Positions 1-12,299 of a stretch of DNA of 64,000 nt are shown one piece after another; the first letter of the stretch is position 1, and every line of letters starts with the position of its first letter. A program made the position numbers and the translations under genes. The stretch is taken from positions 1,612,001 through 1,676,000 of the forward strand of contig NEEC01000017.1 in the NCBI GenBank assembly GCA_002189035.1. The letters are read 5' to 3'. The notes under the pieces were generated by a model. That model made no database searches. It was not told where the DNA came from and worked only from the letters and a program-made list of their open reading frames with translations. The DNA comes from Utricularia gibba (Eukaryota > Plantae > Magnoliophyta).

Positions 1-1845
1 GATATCTCTACAAGAACTAGTGATAATAGAAGTTCAATCTTTCAAAAGCCAGAGGGGAAGTTTAGGGGAAGCAGGGGAGAAAGCTTCAGTGGATCAATAA
101 GGAAGGTGAAAGCAGTTCCTGGAGCAGCAAATGGAAGTCGTCAATTTCTGCTTGCTAGTACTGTATGTGAGAAAGTTTCTCTCATATTGCATGGTGGCAA
201 ATGGGGTCCTGCGGCTGAAATGGCCCTTTCAAAGCTAAACTGCTCATTAGACGCATACCAGGCAAATCAGATTCTTAAGCAGCTCCAAGATTATACAGTT
301 GCTCTGAACTTTTTCTACTGGCTAAAACAACAACCAGGTTTCAAGCATGATGGTCATACGTACACCACCATGATTGGTATTCTTGGCCGTGCCAAGCAGT
401 TTGAGTCCATCAACAGATTACTTAATCAGATGGTGAATGAAGGTTGTATGCCAAATGTGGTCACTTATAATCGTCTGATTCATAGTTATGGAAGAGCAAA
501 TTTTTTGAATGAAGCTATTGGTGTTTTTGATCAGATGCAGAGATTAGGCTGCAATCCTGATCGTGTAACTTACTGTACACTGATTGATATTCATGCAAAA
601 GCTGGTTATCTTGATGTTGCAATTGATATGTATCAGAGGATGCAAGAAGCTGGTCTTTCACCAGATACATTCACATACAGTGTAATTATCAATTGCCTTG
701 GAAAAGCTGGACATTTGCCTATAGCACACAAGCTTTTCTGTGAGATGGTTAACCAGGGGTGTGTGCCTAACCTTGTGACTTACAATATTATGATTGCATT
801 GCATGCAAAAGCTCGGAATTACGAGACATCATTACAGTTGTATCGAGATATGCAGAGTGCAGGATTTGAGCCAGACAGAGTAACTTACAGCATTGTAATG
901 GAGGTTCTTGGTCATTGTGGCTATTTGGATGAAGCTGAGGGTGTTTTCCATGAAATGAAACGAAAGAACTGGGTGCCGGATGAGCCTGTTTATGGACTCC
1001 TTGTTGACCTTTGGGGGAAAGCAGGCAACGTGGAGAAAGCATGGGATTGGTACCATGCCATGCTTGATGCAGGTCTATGTCCCAATGTCCCGTCTTGTAA
1101 TTCACTTCTTAGTGCTTTCTTGAGAGTGCGCCGTCTACCTGATGCATACAATTTGCTGCGGAGCATGCTTAACCTTGGACTCAAGCCTTCTCTTCAAACT
1201 TACACTCTGCTACTTAGTTGCTGCACAGAATCGCAGTCACCGGCGGACAAGTCTTTTTGCTGTCAGCTGATGGCCACTACCAGTCATCCAGCCCATCTGT
1301 TTTTGCTGTCCATGCCAGCTCCATCTACGGACGGGCAGAATGTTAGAGACCATGTTAGCAGCTTCTTGGACATGATGCACAGTGAAGACAGGGAAAGCAA
1401 GCGCGGTCTCATGGATGCAGTCATCGACTTTTTCCACAAGACGGGTCTGAAAGAGGAAGCTGGCTCTGTCTGGGAAGTAGCAGCACTACGAAACGTCTAT
1501 CCAGACGTTGTGAGACAGAAGAGCTCATGCTACTGGCTCATAAACTTGCACGTTATGTCTGATGGAACTGCTGTCACTGCACTCTCGAGAACACTTGCCA
1601 GCTTCCGCCGTGAAATGCTGGCCTCCGGGATCTGCCCCAGCCGTATCGACATCATTACCGGTTGGGGCCGGAGGAGCCGCGTAACTGGAACCTCCCTTGT
1701 TAGACAGGCTGTACAACAACTTCTCAACGTTTTCAGGTTCCCATTCTTCGCCGAAAATGGCAATTCCGGATGTTTTGTTGGCTGTGGAGAGTCGCTGAGC
1801 GAGTGGCTGATGCACTCCTATGTTGAAAGAATGCATTTGCTCTAG
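1..1845 (+). CDS. P-type pentatricopeptide repeat protein with C-terminal SMR domain (5' partial)
   Basis: Frame 1 is open from base 1 to the TAG at 1845. It has tandem 35-aa PPR motifs (TYTTMIGILGRAK, TYNRLIHSYGRA, TYCTLIDIHAKAG, TYSVIINCLGKAG) and a C-terminal SMR signature (INLHVMSDGTA...IDIITGWGRRS). Intronless. Confidence 0.95.
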   Translation, partial: DISTRTSDNRSSIFQKPEGKFRGSRGESFSGSIRKVKAVPGAANGSRQFLLASTVCEKVSLILHGGKWGPAAEMALSKLNCSLDAYQANQILKQLQDYTVALNFFYWLKQQPGFKHDGHTYTTMIGILGRAKQFESINRLLNQMVNEGCMPNVVTYNRLIHSYGRANFLNEAIGVFDQMQRLGCNPDRVTYCTLIDIHAKAGYLDVAIDMYQRMQEAGLSPDTFTYSVIINCLGKAGHLPIAHKLFCEMVNQGCVPNLVTYNIMIALHAKARNYETSLQLYRDMQSAGFEPDRVTYSIVMEVLGHCGYLDEAEGVFHEMKRKNWVPDEPVYGLLVDLWGKAGNVEKAWDWYHAMLDAGLCPNVPSCNSLLSAFLRVRRLPDAYNLLRSMLNLGLKPSLQTYTLLLSCCTESQSPADKSFCCQLMATTSHPAHLFLLSMPAPSTDGQNVRDHVSSFLDMMHSEDRESKRGLMDAVIDFFHKTGLKEEAGSVWEVAALRNVYPDVVRQKSSCYWLINLHVMSDGTAVTALSRTLASFRREMLASGICPSRIDIITGWGRRSRVTGTSLVRQAVQQLLNVFRFPFFAENGNSGCFVGCGESLSEWLMHSYVERMHLL

Positions 1846-2044
1846 AGATTTAGCCTTAGTACCAGGAAGATTGTTGTAAAGCTTCGCGGTAATCAGGAAC
1901 ATTGAGGCTTATTTTTTGAATCCATCAGAATGTCTGCTTAGCAGTCTCCATTTAGTTCTGTAACTAGCTCTTGGAGCTTTCATGAGTCATGATGTTTCAA
2001 TACCCCCATCTCTGTCATATAAGGTGACCCAAACTTGCTGATGA

Positions 2045-4936
2045 TCATCTGCTTAACACAAAGTAATGCCCCAGCTCTTGGAAGCAGATATCCCATATAC
2101 TTTCCCTTGATTGACGCCTAGAGGGTGTCATCCTTGGTCGAGTCTTGTAAGCACGTTGCGTTGAATAATCACCAGCTTCAGTGAGTGTTTCATCAACATA
2201 TAACTCAAGGGTGTCATTTCCAAGGGTACGCTGTTCTTCAAGCATCTCCAATGCCGACGCAATCACAATCTCAGAACAATTGTCCAAGTGAACAGAAAGC
2301 AGGGAAGGGAGATCTCCTACAGTAGAGGGAATGTTGGAACCAAACATAGACCTCAATATCAACTTCTCAAGGCTGGGGAAGTCACTGCTTTCCACACTGG
2401 GAAGCTTGAGATTATCTCCTGTTAATATTAATAGCTTTACAAGTGGAAACTGTCCATCCACTATGCTCCATTTCCTCATACTGCAATAGTCAAGTATAAG
2501 AACTTCAAGATTTGGTAATGCACCGAGTACCACCATGTCCTTATCAAATATCTCTACTTGGGATAGAACCAACTTTTTTAGTGATTTTGGAAAGAAGCTG
2601 TCCCTCAATCCGCATTCTATACCACGTAAAATCAGTAAGTCCAGTTCTTGAAAGTCTCCAAGATTGTGTAACAAGGGATTACCCTCGTAATCATAGTAGG
2701 ATAACTCCAGACGCTTTACATTTGGGATCCGCAAAACAACATTTTTCTCCAAGTGTAACTCTTCAGTAAATAGTGTCTGTAGTTGATCCATTACGACTTG
2801 ATTTTCCCTTGGCTTAGGCCAAACAACACCATAAACAACTAGAATTCTAAGCTGCTGCATCTCCCAAATTTCATCAGGAAGAGTCAAGTTCCCTCTCCAA
2901 GAAGAACGCGAACACCTGACCTCAAGAATTTGTAGGTTCCAGAGATGAAGTAATGGCAAGGGAAATATAAACTTATGCCCTGATGAGCTCACATTTTTAT
3001 CAGATAAATAGGCAAGCCTTGCTGTAGTTGGGTACACAAAAGGTTTGTCTTTATCCAACATTGAAAAAGTCACAAACTTTGATTTATGCAGATGCGGATA
3101 CGCCATCTGGCATCTTCTGCAAACATGTATATATGACATTGTTTTTGAAGGAAATACTTCAGATACTTCCATCTTTTCTATCAGGGTCTTTGACCCACAT
3201 ATGCAGCGGGAATCACCAAAGCAGCAAGCGCTCCTTGGAATTAAAAGGAAGTTTTCTTTCTTTGATTCCACTAAGCAAAGCTCTAGCAAAAGGTCATGAA
3301 TACCACATGACTCAACTTCTCCAGTTATAGTTTTTACTTTTCCAACAGAAATCAAGTTTCTGTCAATCAACTCACTCATGTATTCAGCAGCAGCATCTTC
3401 TAAAGATTTACCGGGTATTGGTTTCACAAACCCTTCAGCTAACCATCGTGCAAGCATACCTTGTACATTGATCAGAGAGTCTTCAGGATACATTCTAAAA
3501 TACAAGAAGCACGGTTTAAGATGCATAGGTAGGTAGTCGTAACTCAAAGACAGTACCTTCATGCAATCTCCATAAACAACGATTCTCTTCATGTTTTGCA
3601 GAACCTTTTCCCAGTACTCAAAACTCATAGATTTTGACAGGAGGCCACCGATCGTAATCAAGGATAAAGGGAGTCCTTTGCAACTTTTTGCAATTTTTCT
3701 ACCAACGTTTTCTAACTCTGGGGGGTACTCACGACGCCCATTGAAGGACTTACTCCGAAGTAGAAACCAGCTTGAATCTTCATACAAAAGCTCCATAGTG
3801 CATTTTTTACCGCCTTTGAACCCCACAGAATCAGCTACATTGTTTGATCTAGTAGTGACAAGAACTCGACTGAAGTTCTTTTTGTCTGGTAGGAACTTCC
3901 TCAAGTATTCCCAAGGATCAATAGACCACATATCATCCATAACAATCAAGTACCTATGACCATGCAAGTTTTGGTACAACTTTTCCCCAAGAGCCCGGTT
4001 TTCTTTCTCGCTATCATCATCTAGAAGGCTTTGAAGAATCTGACGCTCGTTATAACCCTTAGATACTGTACACCACATACACCTATCGAATCTTCGCTTG
4101 ATTTTTTTATCCTCAAAGACTTGTCGAGCCAGAGTGGTCTTTCCAATTCCACCCATTCCAAGAATGGGAATGATTTGGAGCTTCTTATTGTTATCAGTGA
4201 GCAGATCCATGATCCAGCGTATCTTTTCTTCTAAACCCACAACACCACTTGAGCTCATGTTGGAAGAATCACCATGTATAGAAGATGCACCTGATGGCAT
4301 AATTTCAGCTTTCATGTCATGAATCATCAGCCTTTTCTCAATGAAATCAAGGCTTTGAATCGCCCTACCCATACCTTCACTCCAACCATCAAGTTGGTGC
4401 ATATCAATGAGGATGGCTATTTCGACAACAATAACCGTAATTTCTTCTCCAAAATCCTCTGTTTGAAGTCTCCATGTTTGAGAATTAGCATCAATAAACT
4501 CTACTAAGGATCTCACCTTGTTTAACAGATACGAGAAAACTTCACCTTTCATGTCAACCACCAGTAATTCAAGTTTCCGAATCGTTGCATGCAAATCTCG
4601 AGTGAATGATGAGACCTTTTCAGTCGACCCCTGTGGAGCTGCATCAGACGATGAGTGGCCATGATCCCTTCCATGAAGGTGACCCACAAGCTCCGCATCT
4701 ACCAGGAGTTCTGTTTCGTAAGCTAACACCTTAATTTCTCGAGTTAACGCCTCTATTTTTAAAGTCAGAGCTTGATGCGGAAGATCTTCAAGAAACTGGA
4801 GTATAAATTGCACCTGGCTCCGAAGATCATCAATCAGTTTCTGGTTGATTATCAATCTCCCAACTCCATAAGGTTGCTGAATTTGACCAAGAGATTGCGC
4901 CAAGGAACGCAGAGAAGCATAGCATGCTACCGCCAT
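2045..4936 (-). CDS. CC-NB-ARC-LRR resistance protein, R1A/R1B-like
   Basis: 963-aa ORF with P-loop GMGGIGKTT, kinase-2 YLIVMDDMW, RNBS-B SRVLVTTR, GLPL, RNBS-D CFLYF, MHD variant IHD, and C-terminal LRRs. Confidence 0.95.
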   Translation of the reverse strand: MAVACYASLRSLAQSLGQIQQPYGVGRLIINQKLIDDLRSQVQFILQFLEDLPHQALTLKIEALTREIKVLAYETELLVDAELVGHLHGRDHGHSSSDAAPQGSTEKVSSFTRDLHATIRKLELLVVDMKGEVFSYLLNKVRSLVEFIDANSQTWRLQTEDFGEEITVIVVEIAILIDMHQLDGWSEGMGRAIQSLDFIEKRLMIHDMKAEIMPSGASSIHGDSSNMSSSGVVGLEEKIRWIMDLLTDNNKKLQIIPILGMGGIGKTTLARQVFEDKKIKRRFDRCMWCTVSKGYNERQILQSLLDDDSEKENRALGEKLYQNLHGHRYLIVMDDMWSIDPWEYLRKFLPDKKNFSRVLVTTRSNNVADSVGFKGGKKCTMELLYEDSSWFLLRSKSFNGRREYPPELENVGRKIAKSCKGLPLSLITIGGLLSKSMSFEYWEKVLQNMKRIVVYGDCMKVLSLSYDYLPMHLKPCFLYFRMYPEDSLINVQGMLARWLAEGFVKPIPGKSLEDAAAEYMSELIDRNLISVGKVKTITGEVESCGIHDLLLELCLVESKKENFLLIPRSACCFGDSRCICGSKTLIEKMEVSEVFPSKTMSYIHVCRRCQMAYPHLHKSKFVTFSMLDKDKPFVYPTTARLAYLSDKNVSSSGHKFIFPLPLLHLWNLQILEVRCSRSSWRGNLTLPDEIWEMQQLRILVVYGVVWPKPRENQVVMDQLQTLFTEELHLEKNVVLRIPNVKRLELSYYDYEGNPLLHNLGDFQELDLLILRGIECGLRDSFFPKSLKKLVLSQVEIFDKDMVVLGALPNLEVLILDYCSMRKWSIVDGQFPLVKLLILTGDNLKLPSVESSDFPSLEKLILRSMFGSNIPSTVGDLPSLLSVHLDNCSEIVIASALEMLEEQRTLGNDTLELYVDETLTEAGDYSTQRAYKTRPRMTPSRRQSRESIWDICFQELGHYFVLSR
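4140..4161 (-). promoter_or_regulatory. miR482/2118-family target site in the NLR P-loop codons
   Basis: The plus strand reads TTTCCAATTCCACCCATTCCAA, so the NLR mRNA is complementary to it. This matches 21/22 nt of Solanaceae miR482a as recalled (UUUCCAAUUCCACCCAUUCCUA); the miRNA sequence is from memory and needs checking. Confidence 0.7.
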
Positions 4937-6069
4937 TTTTTCTCCTCAATGAAAAATTCTTCCACACCCCTGATTCTTCTCAACCTTGTACAGATCGTTG
5001 AAAATTGGCACAATCAATGGGTGCCACGCCCCCTCAGAACTTCAAAGTAGTCCACGCATTTTATTCACCCGAAAGCTAACTTGGTGGAGCCTTCTTCCTT
5101 AGTTCAAAACTCCCCATTAGCCAAGGTCAAACGCGATGAAAGGATGGTGATTTGAAAAGCAGAGAAAAAGGGAGAAGAAGATGCTTTCACACAAAATTCG
5201 ATCATTCCCCTAAAGATTTAATCGAATTTCTGATTTTTTAAATCAAATATAAAATTTGAAATTCTTTCCCATCAATCATTTCTGAATTAACCATATAATC
5301 TGAATTTTAATTTTAACTAAAGATTAGGGGTATGTTCTATAATTTGAAATTAATCTTCAGATTATGTAAAGTATAATCAGTTTGAAATTGTAAAAATGTT
5401 TTGTAGGATAACATAAAATTATACTATAAAATTTAATAAATTAAAATATAATATAAAATATAATACAATATAAATATATTTTAAAAATAGATAAAAAATA
5501 ATATACTTTTCTAATTAATTTTTTTATTTAATCTCTGAAATAAATATTCAATAAATTAATTATATAATTTGAATTTCTGATTTTAATACTGAATGACTAA
5601 AAATTAAAATCTTAAAAAAATTAAATAAAATCGCTTCAATAAATTCATAACATATAACTAATTTTAAAATTTTTAAAAATTAAATAAAATCACCTCATAA
5701 AATTATTAATACATAAAAAAATACCCAAAATGTCAAATGGATTTGAATCTTTTTTTTTTATAAAAAATTAAATTGAATTCATTTAAATTTTAATAATATT
5801 TATCATAAATATTATAAAAATGAAAACTTGGTGTTTATCATTTTTTTATAAAAATTATTGGATCTAATCTAATAGATCATGGATAAGATACCACAAAATT
5901 TTAGTTTATTTTATTTTATTAGAAAAAATTTAATCTAACAAATCATGGAAGTCTCACAGCATGAACTCCACACAAGGCCTTCCCTTCCTTCAGTCGCATC
6001 ATGTCCGAAGGAAAGGAGAGCATGACAGAAACAGGCATCCATCCGACAACCAGAAACCTCGAGAACTTT

Positions 6070-8736
6070 CTAGAGAATCACTTCCTCCTGAACGCTGACG
6101 TTGATCGTCTTGTTGGGGAGGACGATGCAGTTGACCACCACGACTTCGTCTTCTACTGTCACTGATTCACCTGTTTCACATACCCTTTTCATCACATTTC
6201 ATGCTGTAACGAAACTTCACACAGGCATTGTACTGTACCCAGAATCGTGACTCCCAGCTTTGCATTGTAGTCGCCGGAACCCTGAAAAATCACAAGCCGG
6301 GATGGTATAGAGGAGGCGAAGGCTTTGATGTCTGTGGTTCGGTTCTCTTACCTGTACACGAGACCACCTCCCCAGTGAAGACTTCCATCCGATGATGGCG
6401 TGGATTACTACAGCATTGTCCTGATCATCCAGACAAGAATGCGTTAGTGTTCATTTACAAGAATGATCAGGTGTTGATTGCCCACCTTGATCTCAACATC
6501 ATCAAGAATCATGCAGTTAACTAGTCTTGAACCAGCTGCAATCCTGGCATTTGCAGAGATGGAGACGTTCGGTCCGATCTGTTTCCGAATTCGAAATCTG
6601 TAATCTGCTGTGCTGCTTCATATCATCATCTGGTGAAGGAAAGATATATATTCACCTTTGCTGTGGGATGAACCTTCGCGGAGGGATGAATATAAACGTC
6701 GCCCAGAATCGTGGCGTTTCTGGGCGCTCCGTCCGCCAAAAGATGGGGTGAAGTGAGCCTGAACTGTGAAAGGTAAAGCCCGGAACACTTCAACGACATC
6801 CTATCAATCACAAGCATATCAGAAACATACAGAGATGCAATGCGGACAGTGCAAATTTGAGCAGAGCTCCTCACCCAGGAGTCTTGATTTGTTCCCAGAA
6901 ATCCATTGTTTCATACACATACAACTTCTTTTTCCCAGCAAGTGGTGATAAAATGTCTTGATCCAGTCTCACATAATCTGATGCAACACTTCTGCATCTC
7001 ATAGTGTATCAGAAGCAAAAATGGCAAAAAAATGTAAACACAATGTAAATAAACCAGGGCCTGTTCTTGAAAGGATCCACTGTTAGAGAAGTTTACAGTA
7101 TGATTCGAAGCTTTTGCCAACAAATGGTTTACCTGGTAGCCAGTTGAAGTGCTTCAAAGCTGGACATACGTCTTAGAATAGCTGCAAATGATTCAAACCA
7201 TGAAACCATGTGCAGGACAACAAAGAACAGGGAGATAAATCAAAGTAGCATTACAACCTCTATCATTTCGTTGTGTGGATACACCTTCAATAGCTGTAAA
7301 AATTTCTGGAGTAAATATATACACGCCACAGTTTATTAGGTCACTCACCTGCATTATACCAGAAAATGAACCAACTGATCAGGTGATGTCATGAAAAAGA
7401 AAGGCATATGTAGTGTCAGCAACAGAATGTAGGCTGTGCTGTATTTATGGGTGTGTGAAATTCAGAAAAATCTCTACAAATCTCGAAAAGAATGCCCCGG
7501 AAAAAAGCTGTGAGAGAACAAGAAAACAAACGGCATACAAAAGTTTCTGGCTTTTCAGTATAATGTAACAGTTCTTTGGTTTCAGGATCTGCAACAAGTT
7601 CACCAAACTGGTTTGCTGATTCCGGAGAAACCTGGAAAGGAATAGAACTTCTGTGATCAGAAACATTTAGGGGTCATAATATGCTTTAAAAGAGACAGAA
7701 GTTATCAACCTTGATCACTAATATTGTTCCCATCCCACCATAACTCGTATGAGCCTCTGTGAGGTGTTCATCAAAGCATTAGAGCACTTTCATTTGCCTT
7801 AATAAACAGAAAACTGATACGAAAATGAAGCACTACCCAACATGCGATGTAAAGGGAAGCTGCAACAAATGTCGCAATTCAGCAAGAAGATGTGTGACTG
7901 TAGAAAGGAAGATGCAGAGATGAAAAATGGATTGGTTCCAGAAATAATGAGAAGTTAAAATCTGATTCTTGAGATAAGGGAAGAATAAGAACCGGATCAT
8001 CTTCCATGATCAAATCCCTGAAATTGTAGAGTCCCCAGCAGAACCATGTGGCTTGTCCTCTTTCAGGTACCTGAAAGCAAGTGATCCAATGTGATACAAA
8101 GGCTACATATAATCTATACCTGCAAGAACTGGTAAACCACCTTCATTACCTCACAGGCACTTTTAGTTCATTTGAAATCGATGAGACGATCAGAGCAAAT
8201 TCACGTTCCTCATAAAAACCAACAAGGTAGATCTGTGCTAGATTTGGGATCTAAAGAATGAAAGAAGCTTCAGTAAGCAGATTAATAAAATCATTTGTCA
8301 TCGATCACAGGTGATAAAAACACACCATTCTCATCAATTATGCGATCAAATTCCAACACATTATTTCAAGACTTGCTTATAGCAGAATCTCAGTTCTTTA
8401 TAGCAAGCATTCCAAATTCATCAGCTTTTCCCAAGTATTCACATGGATTTAGTAAGTATCATCTGCTCCATACCCCTTTACAGGCAGCGATCGGGTGGTA
8501 AACCATTGGCTGTCCTGCCAAAGGAAAGAGGGGCTTCGGAATGTTCAGCGACAGTGGTCTGAATCTAGTTCCTGCACTTGCAAATCCACATTATGACCAC
8601 CAAACAACGATGAAGATGGAAAATTTCAAGAGAAAGCATTCCCGTTCCCAGATGTGCATGCAAAAAACAACAAAGATGAAAAAATCATACCTTTCGTGGG
8701 ACCACCGACCATTATAACAGCAACTACTCTCCCCAT
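6070..8736 (-). CDS. KJC1: Mannose-1-phosphate guanyltransferase alpha (KONJAC/GMPPA type), multi-exon
   Basis: Spliced by hand: [15 protein letters not shown]|[23 protein letters not shown]...[17 protein letters not shown]...[16 protein letters not shown]|IGPNVSIS...VQEEVIL*. GT-AG introns. The GGPTKGTRF insertion is typical of the alpha subunit. Confidence 0.93.
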
Positions 8737-9645
8737 TCTCAGAACTCAAAAATTCTACAACCCAGATCGCGTAACGTGACACTCACCCTTCCTGAATCTT
8801 CGCAAAGTTTCTCAAATCTAAAACCCGAATAGAATAAATAACTGGGTCAACCAATTCTGCTCGACCGGAAAAAGAATGGCTTCGAATAGAGTGGCGTAGG
8901 CCGTATGGCGTACACTACAGCAAGATAGGTTGGTGTTATATGAATGACTTATGGGAATATACTCTGGGGTTCAGAAGGATCCAATGGGTTTGTGGGGTTT
9001 GTTGAGTTGAAAACAGATTGGTGAGGAATTGTGCACCAACTGCTATGGACAGATCTTTCCAGGGAGATAAGGCAGGAGAATGGGGGCGCAAAAATTATAA
9101 TTATTTTTTGCCTTTTGTGCCCGCTTCAACTGCTTCCCCCATCATTTTTATATACAGTTGACGGCAGCTCTGAAAACTCTTCAGAAGGCATTACAGGAAT
9201 CGGAGGTCATCACTCTCACAAAACATATGGAAGGAAATAGATGTTCGTTAAAACAGGTAGCCTGCAAAACATCACATTCAACCTCAGCCACCGTGAATCC
9301 CGGCGTAAATTGGTAAAAAAGTCATCTTTATTTCCACTTGATTTGCTCTTGCACTGCGAAATTGTTCGTTGACATGAGGTAAAAAAGAACTCTTTACCAC
9401 ACCCAATTTCTTATATTCACGAATCATTAGATTTTCTTGAAGAAATGGTGATTCCTGAAGGGAGGTAATGACTCAGAACTAGTAGTAGTAGAATGAAGAT
9501 CAGAGTTTGAGCTCAGGCGAGCTTATGAAAGTAGTAGTATAATGAAGATCAAAGTACAAGCACCGGTAAACGTCGATACATCTCATCACGAACTGAGATT
9601 AGAGAGAGTCATTCACTGCAGTAAGTAATAATACGCATCAGCTTA

Positions 9646-9876
9646 TCAGTTCTTCTGTTTAGTTTTCTCATACTTGTCTTTGATCCACTGGAACCCAACA
9701 GAGGTTCCTTCTTTCACCTTCTTGACGCCGGTGACAGCTACGGATTTCGTCTTCCCCAGCCCTTCCCCAACTTTCTTTCCGTACTTCGCCACCGTGCCGC
9801 TGGCGCTGCTCTTCTTTTTCTCCGGCATGGGCTCTTCGCCGGTGTCCCACTCATCCGCCCACGACCCTCCGTTCAT
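9646..9876 (-). CDS. Small Lys-rich conserved plant protein (76 aa, SWADEWD ... GFQWIKDKY motifs), function unknown
   Basis: ATG at 9876 follows a likely 5'UTR intron acceptor. MNGGSWADEWD...KTKSVAVTGVKKVKEGTSVGFQWIKDKYEKT resembles a known uncharacterised plant family. Confidence 0.8.
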   Translation of the reverse strand: MNGGSWADEWDTGEEPMPEKKKSSASGTVAKYGKKVGEGLGKTKSVAVTGVKKVKEGTSVGFQWIKDKYEKTKQKN

Positions 9877-10307
9877 CGCGATCTGTCCCACAAACGGCGA
9901 GTTGTTTACATCAAATATATATAAGAAAAACAGAGCTCCTGAAAACGAAAGAATCACCAACAAAGGCACCTTTTACCTTCTCAAAAGAGACTTTTTGGAG
10001 GGTGTTAACCAGGGGAGAAATGGCGTATTGTATTGAAAACGCCGTGAAGTAACAAACTTGTAAGTTGCATTTGTGGGCTACGGATTAAGGACCATCCTCC
10101 CTTTGACTCAACCCAATTTCCGCAATAAAAGTTCTAGCTATGGAGTCTACTCAAACAGAAAGATGGGACAAAAACTAACAATCTAGAAGACATTAAAAAG
10201 AGGAGTTTTTCACATGTTGAAAACCAGCTGTTACAAACCTGATGATGGGATAAGTTTCAAGTACAATAACAGAAGATGCTGAAACTAGAGTCAGTATGTT
10301 TCTCACT

Positions 10308-11830
10308 TCACAGTGGGAGCTTGGAGGGAGTCCCCGGAGTCCGAGGATACCTTCGTGGGGTACGGTTATCTTTCCGGCATATGACCGCTGTTCGTCTCCC
10401 ATATTGGCTGTGCGACTCTACTGCATTGTAGGCAATCATATGTGATTTTCAGCATAACTGAGACAGTTCAGGTGGAAAGATTGACTAGTGTTCTAGCAAA
10501 AGATGGAAATGAGCTCTGAGAAGCAAAGGTGAAGATTAGCATACCAGGGCATGTTTTCATTAGAGAACCACCCAGCAAACGAATAGCTTTTTCCGCATTC
10601 ATGACTTCCTCCTGCAAAGGTAGAAATAGTGATAAAGGCAGGATGGCTAGTATGCACATCCCTGAACTTAAAGATGACTCACTTCGAGGCAAGCTTACAT
10701 GAGGATCATGACCCTTAGCTGCCACAAACAAGCCACCCACCCGGACTAGAGGAAGACAATATTCAGCTTCAGGAGAAACAAAGAAACATGATGGCAGTTG
10801 CAAATGAATGAACAAAAAACAAAGCCCTGAAAGAAAGATTGAAGCTTTTACCAAGAACCCTCATATCTGCAACAGCTCTAGCAATTGCAACATCAAATTC
10901 CTCCCTATATTCATCATTTTGGCCTACATTCTGCAGAACGTAAAGGATCAGAACAGAACAGCTACTCATTTTAGACATCACACGAGCTACTGCTACCGCT
11001 AAAAAGTCTCCCATACCATGAAACTAAGGACATTTCATGGATGTCAAACAACTACCAAATAATGGGAAAAAAAAAAGGAAGCTTTGCCCCAACATGCACG
11101 CAGACACAAAATGTCACAACTTATACCTCGGCTCGATCGCGCACAATTCGCACATTCTCCAGGCCAATGAGGCTCACAACATGCTCCAAAAAGACACAAC
11201 GCTTATTCATAGACTCTAAAAGAGTAATCTTCCAACCTGGACAACAGATTTCGGTTATGAGCTACCAATCTGCTACCGTGCCATAAACTTCATTGTCTCA
11301 GAAAATCATTAGTAACTATTACCAGGATAAGCAATTGCAAGAACCAATCCCGGCAGTCCAGCGCCGGTGCCAACATCAACTACACTCAAATCGTCAAAAG
11401 AAACCCCGGAACGGGAAAGATAGCAGCTTTGAATTGGTCCTACAATTGCTAACGAGTCCTCTACATGCCGTTCCAGAACATCAGTTTCCTCTTCCACCGC
11501 AGTGAGATTCATTTTCTGCGCCCCAGATCATCCTGGAAATCATTCTCTAAAAAAAACCCTACACGGCATCCAAACATTCGAGCAAACCTGGTTCCACTGG
11601 AGGAGAGACTCAACGTAGAGATGGATTTTACTCTTCTGGGAATTGTCCAGGGCATGATAAAGCGGCAAATTGAGTGAACCGTACACCGAACCACCCGAAT
11701 CCGAGACTTCTCTCGATACAGCTTTACCGGTGGTGCAGACGCCGGAAGTTTTCAACGAAGGAAGGCGCTTGATGAAATTCCCAACTGCGACTATCGAAGA
11801 GAGGTAGCGCGCGCCTATAACAGCTGACAT
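10308..11830 (-). CDS. rsmG: 16S rRNA m7G methyltransferase RsmG/GidB, organelle-targeted, 7 exons
   Basis: LLQWNQ|KMNLTAV...HVEDSL...VVDVGTGAGLPG (SAM motif I)...LLESMNKRCVFL...FDVAIARAV...YPRTPGTPSKLPL*. All exon phases join with GT-AG introns. Confidence 0.93.
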
Positions 11831-12299
11831 TGTTCAGCCGAAGTTGTGCTCCGACTGAGACAAATAAACTATAAAAAAAACTTAATAATGTGACAGATGC
11901 CGAGTTTCTGATATCTGCCCTGATTTGAACAAGAGCATCCAACTCATGGGAAGCGCTTGCTTAGATCAAGGGGAAGCAGACAGAACTTCACTTCTTCCCG
12001 GCTCCCGCATTCCATCCAACGCCATGAATGTTTCCAACAAAACTGGCAAGTCTACAGACCAGAAAAGTGAGGGTGGCAATGACCACGACCACCAACAACC
12101 ACCAAGAAGTTCAGTGGCGGAGAATTGAGAGCGAAATTAACCATCGGACGTCGCTTCGAAATTAACCACGACCGATGTGGATGCCATCACAAATTCAACG
12201 CGGGCTTTGTAAAGCCAGCCCAAAAACACTCTTCGGGCCTGTAATGATGTTCTTTATTCTACTTACAAACCCAACAAGGAACCACAGATGTACTGTAAT

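Noticed and set aside
5250-5950. AT-rich blocks (also 15300-17100, 29150-30250, 44900-45900) as MITEs or other transposons
   Set aside because: No clear terminal inverted repeats, target-site duplications or transposase remnants could be established by eye. No tRNA, rRNA or CRISPR-like arrays were seen anywhere.
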